A stretch of 64,000 nucleotides of DNA from Carpediemonas membranifera BICM (taxonomy: Eukaryota; Protista; Fornicata), in contig JAHDYR010000024.1 of the NCBI GenBank assembly GCA_019828565.1, forward strand, positions 427,664 to 491,663, in the 5' to 3' direction. This document shows, piece by piece, positions 39,955 to 49,937 of this stretch. Position 1 is the first letter of the stretch; the number at the start of each line of letters is the position of its first letter. The position numbers were made by a program, and so were the translations under genes. The notes beneath the pieces were generated by a model. That model searched no databases, was not told the DNA's origin, and saw only the letters and a list, made by a program, of their open reading frames with translations.

Positions 39955-41961
39955 TTATTTAGTGGGCGCCGTCGTCATCTGCTTGAGGGCCCGGCGGGCT
40001 GCAGGGTTGCTCGTCAGCGTCTTGGCGTTCACAGGCCGCAGCTTCGTCTTGGACAACACCCGCCGCAGCTCGATGACGGCCGCGCGGTTCGTACTATCGA
40101 GCCTGGCTTCCCGGACGGCGGTAGCCTCATCGATATCAGCCTCGTCGACGTCCAGGGCCGCCTTGGCTTTCCGTTCGAACCGGCGGCCGCGTCCGTCAGC
40201 GGACTTGGCGAGCAGCCGCTTGGCCAGCTCCGACGCCATGTCCCCGAGCTGTCGTACTGACGGCATGAGCATGGAGTCGACGTCGAGCTCCTTGACCGCC
40301 TTGGCCCTGAGCCCGCTGACGATGGTGCCGAACTCCGTCCTGTCATTGCCGTTGATGTTCACCAGCGCCACAACAAGGCCCTTGGCGTGAGCTCTACCGG
40401 CCCTGCCCGACCGATGGGCGAACGTCTCGGCGCTGTCAGGAAGATGGTAGTGGATGACAGTGTCAATGCCAGGGTCGTCGATGCCGCGGGCAGCCACGTC
40501 CACCGCGACGAGAACAGACCCGCCCGGGGCCGCCTTGAACTTCTCCAGGGCGCCGTACCTGGCTTTCTGAGCCATGTCGCCGTAGAGCTGGTACACGGGG
40601 ATCGAGAGCTCCTTCAGGGCCGTGGCAAGGTGGTTGCATGTGGCAAGCGAGTTGACGAAGACGACGATGCGCCCGTCGGGGGTGCAGTACTCGCCGCCCG
40701 CCAGCCCGAGGTTGTCGCAGACCCGGTGCCTGTATACGATGTAGAGCAGGTAGCCGAGCTTATCAGCGTCACTGGCACACTTAATCTTGGTCAGATGGAG
40801 TCCGGGAGCCAGCTGGGCGGCGTCGCTCGTCCTCGCATCTCCAGTGAGGTCCACCATCGTAACCGTTCGAACGGGAAGCCGGGCCCTGAGCGTCGATACG
40901 GCGTCCTTGGCCTTCTTATTGCGGCGACCGGTCGCGCCCATCGTCATCGTGGCGGAGAAGGCGGAAACTTGCCGGTGACCGGGGCATGCCTGGACTCTCT
41001 CAACCAGACGGCCCACGTCGGTCTCTGGAAAGGCCGAGGCAGACCCGGATAGAAGCTTGTCGGCCTCGTCGAACACCACGAACCTTGCGGCGGGCAGCAT
41101 GGCCAGGGCCGTGACGTCTGACCTAGTCTCGATGAGGTCGGCTAGGCGGCCGGGCGTGGCGATGATGATGTGGGGTGGGTACTTGGTAAGGGCGCGGAGC
41201 TGCTTGACGTCGGCCTCACCACCCACGATGCGGCATGATGTGGCGAAGTAGCGTCCGACGGAGGGTGTGGTGCTGTGGACGGCGGTCACGACAGAGCTGA
41301 TGACGGACTCAATCTGGGCCGCCAGCTCGCGGCTGGGTGCGAATACAGTGGCTATGGGGCCCTTGTCGGCGGACAGACCCTGCTTGAGGATGGCGTCGAG
41401 CACGGGCAAGACGAAGGCGAGGGTCTTTCCTGACCCCGTGGAGGCCGCCCCGAAGACATGCTTCCCCGCGAGTGTGTGTGGAATCGCCTGCCGCTGGACC
41501 TCGAGCGGCTTCTCGAACCCCATGGCCACGAGGCCCGCGGCGAGGGCGGGGTGCAGACCCAGTGCCCGCCACGCCTCGTCCGACTGGCCGTGGGAGTCAG
41601 CGACTGGGGATGGCTCCAGCTGTACAGCCTGCTTGCCCTTCTTGGCCTTCTTTGGGCGCTGCTCGTCGTCTGAAGCCTCGAACTCGTCTCCGTCCATGAA
41701 GGTGTACTGGTCCAGGTCTGCGGGGACGTCCGCAGCGCCGTCAGCGGGGTTAAGCACCTCGAAAGACATCAGGCCCTCCTCATTGCAGCTCATGAAGTCC
41801 TCCGCGGTGGCGAACACCTCGGCTGGACGCCACGAGGCCTCGTTGAACTCAACGAACTGTGTACCGGCCTTGGGAGCAGGTTTCTTCTTACCGGTCTTCT
41901 CGCGCTTCTCGATAGGCTTGGAAAGACGCTTCTGCGCCTTGACCTTCTGCCGTTGTCCCAT
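39955..41961 (-). CDS. DDX24: DEAD-box RNA helicase DDX24/Mak5-like
   Basis: Q-motif, ASTGSGKT, TPGRL, DEAD, SAT, HRSGRAGR; the N-terminal EGLMSFEVL resembles Mak5/DDX24. Confidence 0.8.
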   Translation of the reverse strand: MGQRQKVKAQKRLSKPIEKREKTGKKKPAPKAGTQFVEFNEASWRPAEVFATAEDFMSCNEEGLMSFEVLNPADGAADVPADLDQYTFMDGDEFEASDDEQRPKKAKKGKQAVQLEPSPVADSHGQSDEAWRALGLHPALAAGLVAMGFEKPLEVQRQAIPHTLAGKHVFGAASTGSGKTLAFVLPVLDAILKQGLSADKGPIATVFAPSRELAAQIESVISSVVTAVHSTTPSVGRYFATSCRIVGGEADVKQLRALTKYPPHIIIATPGRLADLIETRSDVTALAMLPAARFVVFDEADKLLSGSASAFPETDVGRLVERVQACPGHRQVSAFSATMTMGATGRRNKKAKDAVSTLRARLPVRTVTMVDLTGDARTSDAAQLAPGLHLTKIKCASDADKLGYLLYIVYRHRVCDNLGLAGGEYCTPDGRIVVFVNSLATCNHLATALKELSIPVYQLYGDMAQKARYGALEKFKAAPGGSVLVAVDVAARGIDDPGIDTVIHYHLPDSAETFAHRSGRAGRAHAKGLVVALVNINGNDRTEFGTIVSGLRAKAVKELDVDSMLMPSVRQLGDMASELAKRLLAKSADGRGRRFERKAKAALDVDEADIDEATAVREARLDSTNRAAVIELRRVLSKTKLRPVNAKTLTSNPAARRALKQMTTAPTK

Positions 41962-42115
41962 TTCGGCGTTGCTCGCTGTTTGAATAAATCAACTCGACTC
42001 AGGCGCTAGCAGGGCGGCGGGGAGCATAGCTAGTCGGCGCGCACACCCACTCTCCCCATGTGTCCACAAGAATTTTGCTGTGCAAAAACAACCAGCAACC
42101 AACGAAATTTCGGAG

Positions 42116-43978
42116 ATGCAGCCTTCTGGCGGCCAAGAAACGGAAATGGTGATGCCACAGACTACACAAATGCAACCCAGTAGACGAGAGCAGCAGGCAG
42201 AGGACTGGACAGTGAGCTTGCCGCCGATCTTGCGAAAGCGGCTGGATATCCTTCAACGCAATGTAACTACACTCACTGAGAACTTCCTGCCGCTCGAGGA
42301 GCACATGTCTACCAAGGTGGCAAAGAGCGACATGCTCACGGCCCTCAGGTCCAAGGTGGAGCGGACGACGTTCGATGATAAGACAAAGGAGCTCCTCGAC
42401 GCCATCTCCAACCTCGACACGACGTTCTCCGACCAGCTGGGCAAGGTTTCCACTGGTCTGAACATGGTCAAGGAGCAGGCGTCGATGTTGGCGGCCCAGG
42501 CGACGTCGACGGCCAACATGTCGGACCTCTTCATGAAGCTGAAGCAGGACTCCGCACACCTCGAGCAGCGGGTGCAGCACATCCACGGCAAGGTCGAGGA
42601 GAACGACAGCAGGTATGATGCCCGGTTCAGCGCTGCTGAGGGCGAGACGGCCAAGTCCAAGGCCAGGCTTGACCACGTCGAGAACGTCGCCGGCCGGATC
42701 GACCTCAAGATCGACGGTGTCCAGAAGTCGCTGGTGACCCAGCTGACCGAGCAGCGTGAGAAGCTGGAGCCCGGGCTGACCCGACTCGGGACGGTGGAGG
42801 CCAAGGTGCGGGCCTTCACGGCGGACCTGGACAGCCTCATGGACAGCGCCGTGCAGAAGGCCAAGGTACACACGACACAGGCGCTTAACCAGGAAATCAA
42901 GGCGAGGAGCGAGGGCGACGCTGCCATTACCGCGCGGTTTAACGGCCTTGACGACCGGATGAAGCGCCTCGAGCAGATGATGTACGAGCTGGGCCGGACC
43001 GTGGACGCCAAGACCACAGAGCTGCAGCACTACATCACCGACACCGGGGCCGAGCTGCGGGCTCAGGTCGGCGCTGACGTCGATCGGGTGACCAAGCGCA
43101 TGGCCATTCTCGACCACGAGCTGAGCAACGGCCTCGAGGAGCTCCATACCGGCGCTGAGGAGCTCGAGGAGGTCAAACGGACCGTGACGGCCGACATGCA
43201 GCGTCTGCTGGCTGAGCTGGACGGGGTCAAGGCTGACTCGACCCAGCTCCGGGACGACATGACAACAGCGGTCAGGGCGGAGCGGCAGTTTGCGGAGGAG
43301 AAGGCGCTCATGCTGGATGGACGCATCAGCGAGGTCTCCGGCGCCCTCGAGCAGACGGCCGCAGACTGGCAGACGCAGTGGGAACAGCGCGCCATGGACG
43401 TCGATGACAGGCTCGATGGACTGAAGACGATGACGGCCACGATCGACGCCGACCTCACGGCGGAGAAGGAGGCCCGGGAGGAGGAGGTCGGGCAGGTTGT
43501 CCGCGCCATCTCCGACCTCGCCGACAGAATGACGACGGACCTGCAGGCTAAGGCCAATTGGTCTGACGTCCGCCGCAGTCTCTGGCTCAAGGCGGACAAG
43601 GCCGACGTGCCCATGGCTGTGACGACCCGCAGCCTGGGCGGGACCCACCAGAACAAGGCCCTCGCCGACCCGGTCAGACCCCCCTCCGAGCTCGACGGGA
43701 CGGACGTGCTGGACGTAGGATACGCTGACCCGCTCGGCCACTCCCTCACCGGGGCCGGGGACAGGGCCACGGTGCCAGGCCGCCCCCAGAACCTGACCCA
43801 GACTCTGTACACTCCCCAGCGGACCAGACCGGCCGGCGGGGCGCCGCGGAGGCCGGACCAGACACAGCCGCAGCAGAGGCCGCAGACCAGTGGGCAGCTT
43901 TTCCTCGGGGAGAGGAAGGGACGGATCGACGCGGCACAGCGGGCCTGGGGCAGCCGGGAGAGCTGGGAGTTTACATGA
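42116..43978 (+). CDS. Long coiled-coil protein, possibly cytoskeletal
   Basis: About 620-aa heptad-rich ORF ending in a KAxxxDV..L.LKADK motif and a low-complexity tail. Confidence 0.75.
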   Translation: MQPSGGQETEMVMPQTTQMQPSRREQQAEDWTVSLPPILRKRLDILQRNVTTLTENFLPLEEHMSTKVAKSDMLTALRSKVERTTFDDKTKELLDAISNLDTTFSDQLGKVSTGLNMVKEQASMLAAQATSTANMSDLFMKLKQDSAHLEQRVQHIHGKVEENDSRYDARFSAAEGETAKSKARLDHVENVAGRIDLKIDGVQKSLVTQLTEQREKLEPGLTRLGTVEAKVRAFTADLDSLMDSAVQKAKVHTTQALNQEIKARSEGDAAITARFNGLDDRMKRLEQMMYELGRTVDAKTTELQHYITDTGAELRAQVGADVDRVTKRMAILDHELSNGLEELHTGAEELEEVKRTVTADMQRLLAELDGVKADSTQLRDDMTTAVRAERQFAEEKALMLDGRISEVSGALEQTAADWQTQWEQRAMDVDDRLDGLKTMTATIDADLTAEKEAREEEVGQVVRAISDLADRMTTDLQAKANWSDVRRSLWLKADKADVPMAVTTRSLGGTHQNKALADPVRPPSELDGTDVLDVGYADPLGHSLTGAGDRATVPGRPQNLTQTLYTPQRTRPAGGAPRRPDQTQPQQRPQTSGQLFLGERKGRIDAAQRAWGSRESWEFT

Positions 43979-44007
43979 TGCATGAGTGTACTATAAATGA
44001 CGTGGCG

Positions 44008-45027
44008 CTACTCTGTCTCCAGCGGTGGGAGCCCTCCCAGACGCTCCACGGAGTCCCGGATGACCGGTGCGACGTCCGGTGCGGCGTAGACCACCGTGAG
44101 CAGGGTCGTCTTATCCTCTATGGTGTGGTACACGGTGCACACGTCTCTCTCGTCCCACTGGTCGACCGAGGCCGGCTCCGTGTTCCAGGGCAGGCAGAGT
44201 GAGATCGCGGGGGCCTTGCTACGGTGGACGGGCCCGACTCGCGCCATGCCAGGCAGGTCCTCGATGTCTATGGCAGGCAGGTGGGAGTACGCCGGCCCGC
44301 CCCACGGCGGCGACAGGTGGATGTGGTCGGCGAACATGTCGGGCAGCTCCGCCAGCACTGTCGCCGCGTCCTCCACTGCCACGCGTACTTTGTCTAGCAC
44401 GCCGTACAGGGCTGCGTTCCTTCGTAGGCACTCGGCAGTGCATGGATCCCTTTCGACGGCAATGACCAGGCCGACCTCCTCGAGACGGGCGAAGCCAATC
44501 GTATTCCCGCCGCACCCGGCAAACGCGTCTACAACGACCAGCTTGTCCCCCAGAGGCTCCCGACCCTCGAGCAACATCTGTGCCACCTGGAGTGCAAGCG
44601 GCTCGGCCGTCACGCTGAACCAGCCATCGGGGGTCATGCACACGCCCTCATCCCAACGTGTGAAGTACTTCTCCCTTCGCTGGACGTACCGCTGCAGCCT
44701 CTTGCTCTTGGGAAGGCGGTGGTATGCCATTTGAAAGGGGTCATAGGGGCCTGGCGTCGCGAAGTATCGTGTAATCAGACCCGGGAGCGTCGGACACAGA
44801 GGGCCATACTCTTTGCCGACATCGTACGCCTCTAATATGTCCAGCGGCCGCTCCTCGTCGGCGTTGTCCTCATTGCTCTCTTCAGGCTCCGTGTCAGGCG
44901 GCGGAGGCGGTACGAGCAACGACTCCGCGGCCGGGATTCCTTCACATGACTCATCACTGTCCTCGAGCCTTGCCCGTTTCCTGAACTTGTCCATCTCCGC
45001 CATAAGACCATCCATCGTCCACGTCAT
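44008..45027 (-). CDS. TGS1: Trimethylguanosine synthase
   Basis: GWFSVTAE, DAFAGCGGNTIGFA, LSPPWGGPAY. Confidence 0.92.
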   Translation of the reverse strand: MTWTMDGLMAEMDKFRKRARLEDSDESCEGIPAAESLLVPPPPPDTEPEESNEDNADEERPLDILEAYDVGKEYGPLCPTLPGLITRYFATPGPYDPFQMAYHRLPKSKRLQRYVQRREKYFTRWDEGVCMTPDGWFSVTAEPLALQVAQMLLEGREPLGDKLVVVDAFAGCGGNTIGFARLEEVGLVIAVERDPCTAECLRRNAALYGVLDKVRVAVEDAATVLAELPDMFADHIHLSPPWGGPAYSHLPAIDIEDLPGMARVGPVHRSKAPAISLCLPWNTEPASVDQWDERDVCTVYHTIEDKTTLLTVVYAAPDVAPVIRDSVERLGGLPPLETE

Positions 45028-45334
45028 TATCACCGACTTGAGGCAGAGTCAAAACATGCGGCCGGGGCGAGAGACAGTCAGTGTGCCGAGTAGAGGTGAG
45101 CTCGGAGCTCTAGCCTCTGCCCCCATCGGACGGGGATGGGGCTGCCTTACCAGGCTGATCTGACCCTGCCGCAGGCTGGAATCGCACACCCGGGCTGGCT
45201 TGGACGCGCTGAAAGCGAACGGGCGTTGATTGCATGCTGAGCTGATGAATTTGATTCGGAATTTTCAGATCTCTTTTGGCAGAACATCGACGAATCTTGC
45301 CGAACGGCCACCAGCAAGGTTTCGACACTTTAGA

Positions 45335-47878
45335 ATGATACATAGTGAATATTACAATGCAACACAATCTAAATTGACCTCTAATAGCGGGCGACGGGAC
45401 CTAGGCCACTGGTATACGCAGGAATGCCACAAACTGGGCATCGCACCGGAGAACCAGCTTGCAGAGGCTCTCTCGAGGCAAACCGGGGACGGTAGGATAC
45501 AGTTGAATGCGGTATTTAGGCTCGGGAACTTCGGGAACGAGCACATCACCGCCGTCTACCACGCCTTCTTCAACGGCGAAGAGGGCTGGCGGCGGCTCCA
45601 CAAGCTCTCCGCAGACGGGAACGGCATCAGCAGCGCTGGGATGCGGCACATCAACGGACTCCTCGTCCTTAACCCGGGCCTGACGACGCTTGAGCTCTCC
45701 CACAACCCCATCGGCGACGAGGGCGTCCACACGCTGTGCCAAGCCCTCATCCCGCCCCGGAACCCCGCCTACCCCCGTGTCCAGCTCCAGCGGCTGAACC
45801 TGAGCGATTGCGGGATATCTGACTTCGGGGCCAGTCGAATTGCCGAGATGCTCAAGCGCAACACCGCGCTGCGGGTCGTTGAGCTGCAGACCACAGGCGT
45901 CAGTGCGGGACACCCCACGCTGCCCGACGACCTGGTCGACAACCCGGCCCTCGCTGACTTTGTGGCCGGGCTCGAGGCTGACCTCACGGCCGAGCGGCAG
46001 GTGAGCCTCTCCAGCCAGGCCAGCAGGCCGCGGTCAGGGGCCCTGTCACACGCGAACGACATTGGTCCAGTGGGGGCGACGGCGCTGGCCCAGGCGCTGA
46101 GTGTGAACCGGTCGATCCAATCACTGAACCTGCTGGGGAACGCCATCGGCCACGAGGGATTCAAGAACATCGTCACACACGCCACGGGCCACACGAGTCT
46201 GCGGAGTCTGGGCCTGTCTGTCTTCCACCGGCCGCACGGGTGGACCCACGGGGAGTTTTACGGGGCCAACAGCCCGCCCGGCTACCCGTACGCCAGACTC
46301 ATCGAGCTGCTCAGAATGACACCGGGGCTGCAGCGGCTGGACTTCGACTGGGTGCTGGTCGGCCCACTGAGACAGGTGGCCCGGCCAAGATGTCACGTGC
46401 TCGACCACACAGTCGACTTCACCTCGGGAGTGCCGTCATACCTGCCAAAAGACGCCCGGCTGGCCCTGGAGGAGGCGTCACCCCGCCCCATCCCCCTGTC
46501 GGTCCCGGACTCACCGGCCCGCGGTGTGCAGACGACGCCCCCGCCGAGACAGAGCGGGCTGAGTCCAGAGGGCGCGGCAGAGCTGGAGCCGCTGGTGGTC
46601 GCCGCACGGCAGCGGACAGCAGAGATGAACCAGGCGATCCAGCGGTCAGCGTCCCAGTCCACTGTACCCCCCGACACTGGGAGCGACGGGGCAGTGTCGC
46701 CGCCGTCCCCAGTCGCCGTGCACACCCCTGAGCTTACCTTACAGCACCTGCGCCACAGCCTGCTGTCCTCCATGTCGAAGCCAGACCTCAGAGTGCACGC
46801 CGATAGCCTAGAGCTGTCGTCCCCCGTCTTCCGGTTCTCAGAGACGGTTGGGCCCCCGACCAAGGGATACGCCCCGCCCCGTAACCAGACGCCCCCGGCT
46901 AAGCTCGGGCAGGGTACAGCATCTATCGCCACGGAGAGCAAGACCATGGTCGACGACATTGTGAAGCTCGAGAAGGCTCACAAGGCCGAGATCGACCTGC
47001 TCCAGAAGCAGCACGAGACGGAGCTCCGAAGAGCATCGTCAGGTCCAAGGGCAGAGCTGGCCCGTCTGGCAGAGACGGTGGCAGGCCTGCAGCAGACTGA
47101 GACCATGCTCCGTCAGAAAGTGCAGGATAAGGATGAGGAAATCGAGCAGCTTAAGGATATGCATCGGACGATGGCGGAGGACGTGGACAAGCGCATCAGC
47201 AAGGCCGTGGCGGATGCAGAGACGGCGATGGCGGCCAGGATGGCAGAGGCCGCGAAGGAGTTCAAGGAGGAGCTCGCCGCCGTCAGGGCCGACATGGCGA
47301 CGGTCTCGGAGAAGTACGCCGCCGCTGAGAGGATAGCAGCAGAGCTCCGGGCGGAGAACAGCAGGCTCAGCGCCGCCCTGCTCGAGCAGCAGCGGGTGGC
47401 AGATGACCGCAAGGCCCAGGAGGCTGAGGCCAAGGCCGCTGATGCTAGGAAGGCCAAGGAGGCCGCCGAGGCTGAGGCGCGACAGAAGGCGCTGGCTGCG
47501 GAGAAGGAGCGTTCCCGGTGGGCGGACCGAGAGGCGGCCATTCAACAGTCGGAGACGAGATACGCAGAGTCACGGTCGCAGCGGCAACGGACGCAGAAGA
47601 AGCAGCTGGAGCGGAAGCTATCGAGCGCCAAGAGCCTCATCCACCGGCTGTCGGACGCCGGGGACAGCGATGCGTCGACGACGAGCACGGCATCCATTCC
47701 CGTGACCCGGAAGTCAGCCAAGGAGAGGCTGGCCGAGATCCGGGCGAAAGCCAGGGCCCGCGGGGCAGCGAGGGAGCGGGCGCTGTCGAGGGAGAGCCTG
47801 TTGTCGCGGTCCCAGGTCGGTAGCGACAGTGAGGGGTTGCCTGGTTCACTCAGTGGTATAAGTGGTTTAAAGTACTAG
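45335..47878 (+). CDS. RNI-like leucine-rich-repeat protein with C-terminal coiled coil (start uncertain)
   Basis: LTTLELSHNPIGDEG, LQRLNLSDCGISDFGA, LNLLGNAIGHEG. Confidence 0.85.
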   Translation: MIHSEYYNATQSKLTSNSGRRDLGHWYTQECHKLGIAPENQLAEALSRQTGDGRIQLNAVFRLGNFGNEHITAVYHAFFNGEEGWRRLHKLSADGNGISSAGMRHINGLLVLNPGLTTLELSHNPIGDEGVHTLCQALIPPRNPAYPRVQLQRLNLSDCGISDFGASRIAEMLKRNTALRVVELQTTGVSAGHPTLPDDLVDNPALADFVAGLEADLTAERQVSLSSQASRPRSGALSHANDIGPVGATALAQALSVNRSIQSLNLLGNAIGHEGFKNIVTHATGHTSLRSLGLSVFHRPHGWTHGEFYGANSPPGYPYARLIELLRMTPGLQRLDFDWVLVGPLRQVARPRCHVLDHTVDFTSGVPSYLPKDARLALEEASPRPIPLSVPDSPARGVQTTPPPRQSGLSPEGAAELEPLVVAARQRTAEMNQAIQRSASQSTVPPDTGSDGAVSPPSPVAVHTPELTLQHLRHSLLSSMSKPDLRVHADSLELSSPVFRFSETVGPPTKGYAPPRNQTPPAKLGQGTASIATESKTMVDDIVKLEKAHKAEIDLLQKQHETELRRASSGPRAELARLAETVAGLQQTETMLRQKVQDKDEEIEQLKDMHRTMAEDVDKRISKAVADAETAMAARMAEAAKEFKEELAAVRADMATVSEKYAAAERIAAELRAENSRLSAALLEQQRVADDRKAQEAEAKAADARKAKEAAEAEARQKALAAEKERSRWADREAAIQQSETRYAESRSQRQRTQKKQLERKLSSAKSLIHRLSDAGDSDASTTSTASIPVTRKSAKERLAEIRAKARARGAARERALSRESLLSRSQVGSDSEGLPGSLSGISGLKY

Positions 47879-47905
47879 TAGTATTAATAGTAACCTATGT
47901 TTATA

Positions 47906-49630
47906 TCACGCGTACATGAGTTCCTCCTCGTCGCTGCTCTCGTCGTCGGCCACCTCAAAGTCGAACCCACCGGCCCGGAGCCTCTCCAAGTGGGTCGCCG
48001 CCCAACCAACAGCAGGTTCCTGCTCGCTCGCTGAAATGTCAATGCCCCGCTCGGCGTCGAACTGCTGCAGCATCTGCGCGGCGATGTCATCGTATCGCGG
48101 CTCAGCTTCCTTGGCCGGCTCAGACCAGTCGTAGGCGGGCTTGATCTCGAAGTCCATGACAGGGGCGGCGGGCATCGTGTAGTCGGGCTCGGCGTGCTCC
48201 TGGATGGGTGCCTCCTGCTCGGCCTTGGCCTCGGCCTCGGGTTCTGGCGCAGGAATCTCGACCTCAGGCTCGGGCTCAGGCTCCTCTGCCTGTGGCACTG
48301 GCAGGGGGTCTGGGTGGACGGCCTCAGCGGGGTTGAACTCGGCCAAAGGCTCCTCCTCCTCCTCCTCCTCCTCCTCCTCTTCCTCCTCGCTCTCGCTGAC
48401 CGCCAACGACTGGTCCGAGTCACTCGACTCCGCGTCAGCCACGGGGGCGGGGGCGACGAACGCCTCGAAGCTGGGCGCCTGTTCCCGCCGCTCGAGCAGA
48501 GTGTCGATGTCCTCGGTGAAGTGTGCGTACTGAGACGGTGCCGCCTTGAACTCCACGGGAGCGAACGTCTCCACCCGCTCCACTGGCGGGGCGACAGCCC
48601 CCTGGGTCTCGAGGGGGAGCGGGGTGAGGTTCACCGGCGCGGTCGGCATGCTGGTCGACTGGGGCACGACGATGGGCGCCACCCCGATGCCTTGGGCGTT
48701 TAGGATCGCCGCCTCCTTTGCCGCGAGGTCCTGCCTGATCCTATCCCGCTGCTCCCGTGCGAGCATCAGCGCCTGCCTCAGCCCGACCTCCCTGGCCTCG
48801 ACGGCCCCGGGGTCCAGGGGAATCGGGGCCGCGGGGTTGATGGGCTGAAGCTCGGTGTCCTTCTTGGCCGCGGTGATGCGGGTGCCCACCACTGAAGTGT
48901 TATCGGTCTTGCTCTCTCCCATCTTGGCGATGGTGCCGATCACCTGTACGTACCAGCCCCGCTTCATAGGGGGCACGGGGACCAGCTTGGGAACCTGCAC
49001 AGTGACGTCTGAGAACCTCCCCTCGCTAGGGTCCATCTTAAGTGTGAAGTCTCGGCCCAGCATCGCAGACCTCACCAGTTTGCCCTGCCAGGTGACCATG
49101 CGGCCCTGGAAGAACTTCTCAAAGTAGTACTGCGGCTCCTGCAGCGCTGCATGGGAGCACTCCAGCAGGTATTCAAGCCAGGTGACGTCGAGGAGCTTCG
49201 TCTGGAACTGCTGACGGGAGACGAGCGGCACGTAGTTGAACACATGGTAACGCTTGCCGATGTGGCTGAACAGCGCGGTGAACGAGAAGTACTGCCCCTT
49301 GTTGTGCTCGGACCCGAACCGGAACCCCTTGGGGAACCTCAGCTTGATGTCGCCCTTGGAGTTCTCGGTTGGGTTCATGCGGAGGATCATACGGCTGTGG
49401 GGTGCATCCAAAACAAGGATATATCCCTCAAACTCACAAGCATTGCCCTTGTACTTCTCCTCAAACCTCCTCTCCACGCGCTTAATGGTTTTTGGACCGC
49501 AGTAGTTCAAATACTCCTCCCAGAGAGGCGGGTTGTGGAGTGCGAGCTCCATGTACTGGTGCTCGTACTTCTGTGACCTCCCTTTGGTGTTCTTGTTGTT
49601 CTTGCCTGAAAAGAGGCCAAATATGCCCAT
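47906..49630 (-). CDS. Hypothetical protein: two tandem OB-fold-like domains (wolframin C-terminal-like), coiled coil and acidic tail
   Basis: Repeats WEEYLNYC..FEEKYKGNACEFEG..LRMNPTE..DI and WLEYLLEC..FEKFFQGRMVTWQG..LKMDPSE..DV. Confidence 0.7.
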   Translation of the reverse strand: MGIFGLFSGKNNKNTKGRSQKYEHQYMELALHNPPLWEEYLNYCGPKTIKRVERRFEEKYKGNACEFEGYILVLDAPHSRMILRMNPTENSKGDIKLRFPKGFRFGSEHNKGQYFSFTALFSHIGKRYHVFNYVPLVSRQQFQTKLLDVTWLEYLLECSHAALQEPQYYFEKFFQGRMVTWQGKLVRSAMLGRDFTLKMDPSEGRFSDVTVQVPKLVPVPPMKRGWYVQVIGTIAKMGESKTDNTSVVGTRITAAKKDTELQPINPAAPIPLDPGAVEAREVGLRQALMLAREQRDRIRQDLAAKEAAILNAQGIGVAPIVVPQSTSMPTAPVNLTPLPLETQGAVAPPVERVETFAPVEFKAAPSQYAHFTEDIDTLLERREQAPSFEAFVAPAPVADAESSDSDQSLAVSESEEEEEEEEEEEEEPLAEFNPAEAVHPDPLPVPQAEEPEPEPEVEIPAPEPEAEAKAEQEAPIQEHAEPDYTMPAAPVMDFEIKPAYDWSEPAKEAEPRYDDIAAQMLQQFDAERGIDISASEQEPAVGWAATHLERLRAGGFDFEVADDESSDEEELMYA

Positions 49631-49937
49631 TCAGGCTGCTGTTCCGCAGTTTTGCCTCAGGAGCCAATCTCCTGATCCCAAGCGAAAATAGCTAGATGTG
49701 GCATGGCACCGCCCTGGGACTCAAGCTGGGCGAGGGCGCTCATAGTGCTTCTCGTGCCCCACCAGCCCGCCTCACCGCCCCGAAATCCCTGGATCACAAC
49801 AAGACCCAGACAGACCCAGACGAGACATTCATTGATGCTAGTAGCATTCAGTACACCGCTCAGACATCCCCAGCCCGTCTTACCAATCGATCCGGCTTCC
49901 CCGCATCTTACGGCCACATCCGCATCGAGCGGCCCAG

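Noticed and set aside
41999-43741. Long antisense ORFs (also 30188-31309, 33688-35001, 35008-36021, 55831-57273, 60880-62142)
   Set aside because: These are shadow ORFs from GC-rich codon bias opposite well-supported genes, with no motifs of their own.
48351-48388. (TCC)n microsatellite
   Set aside because: It simply encodes a poly-Glu tract in the 47906-49630 protein.
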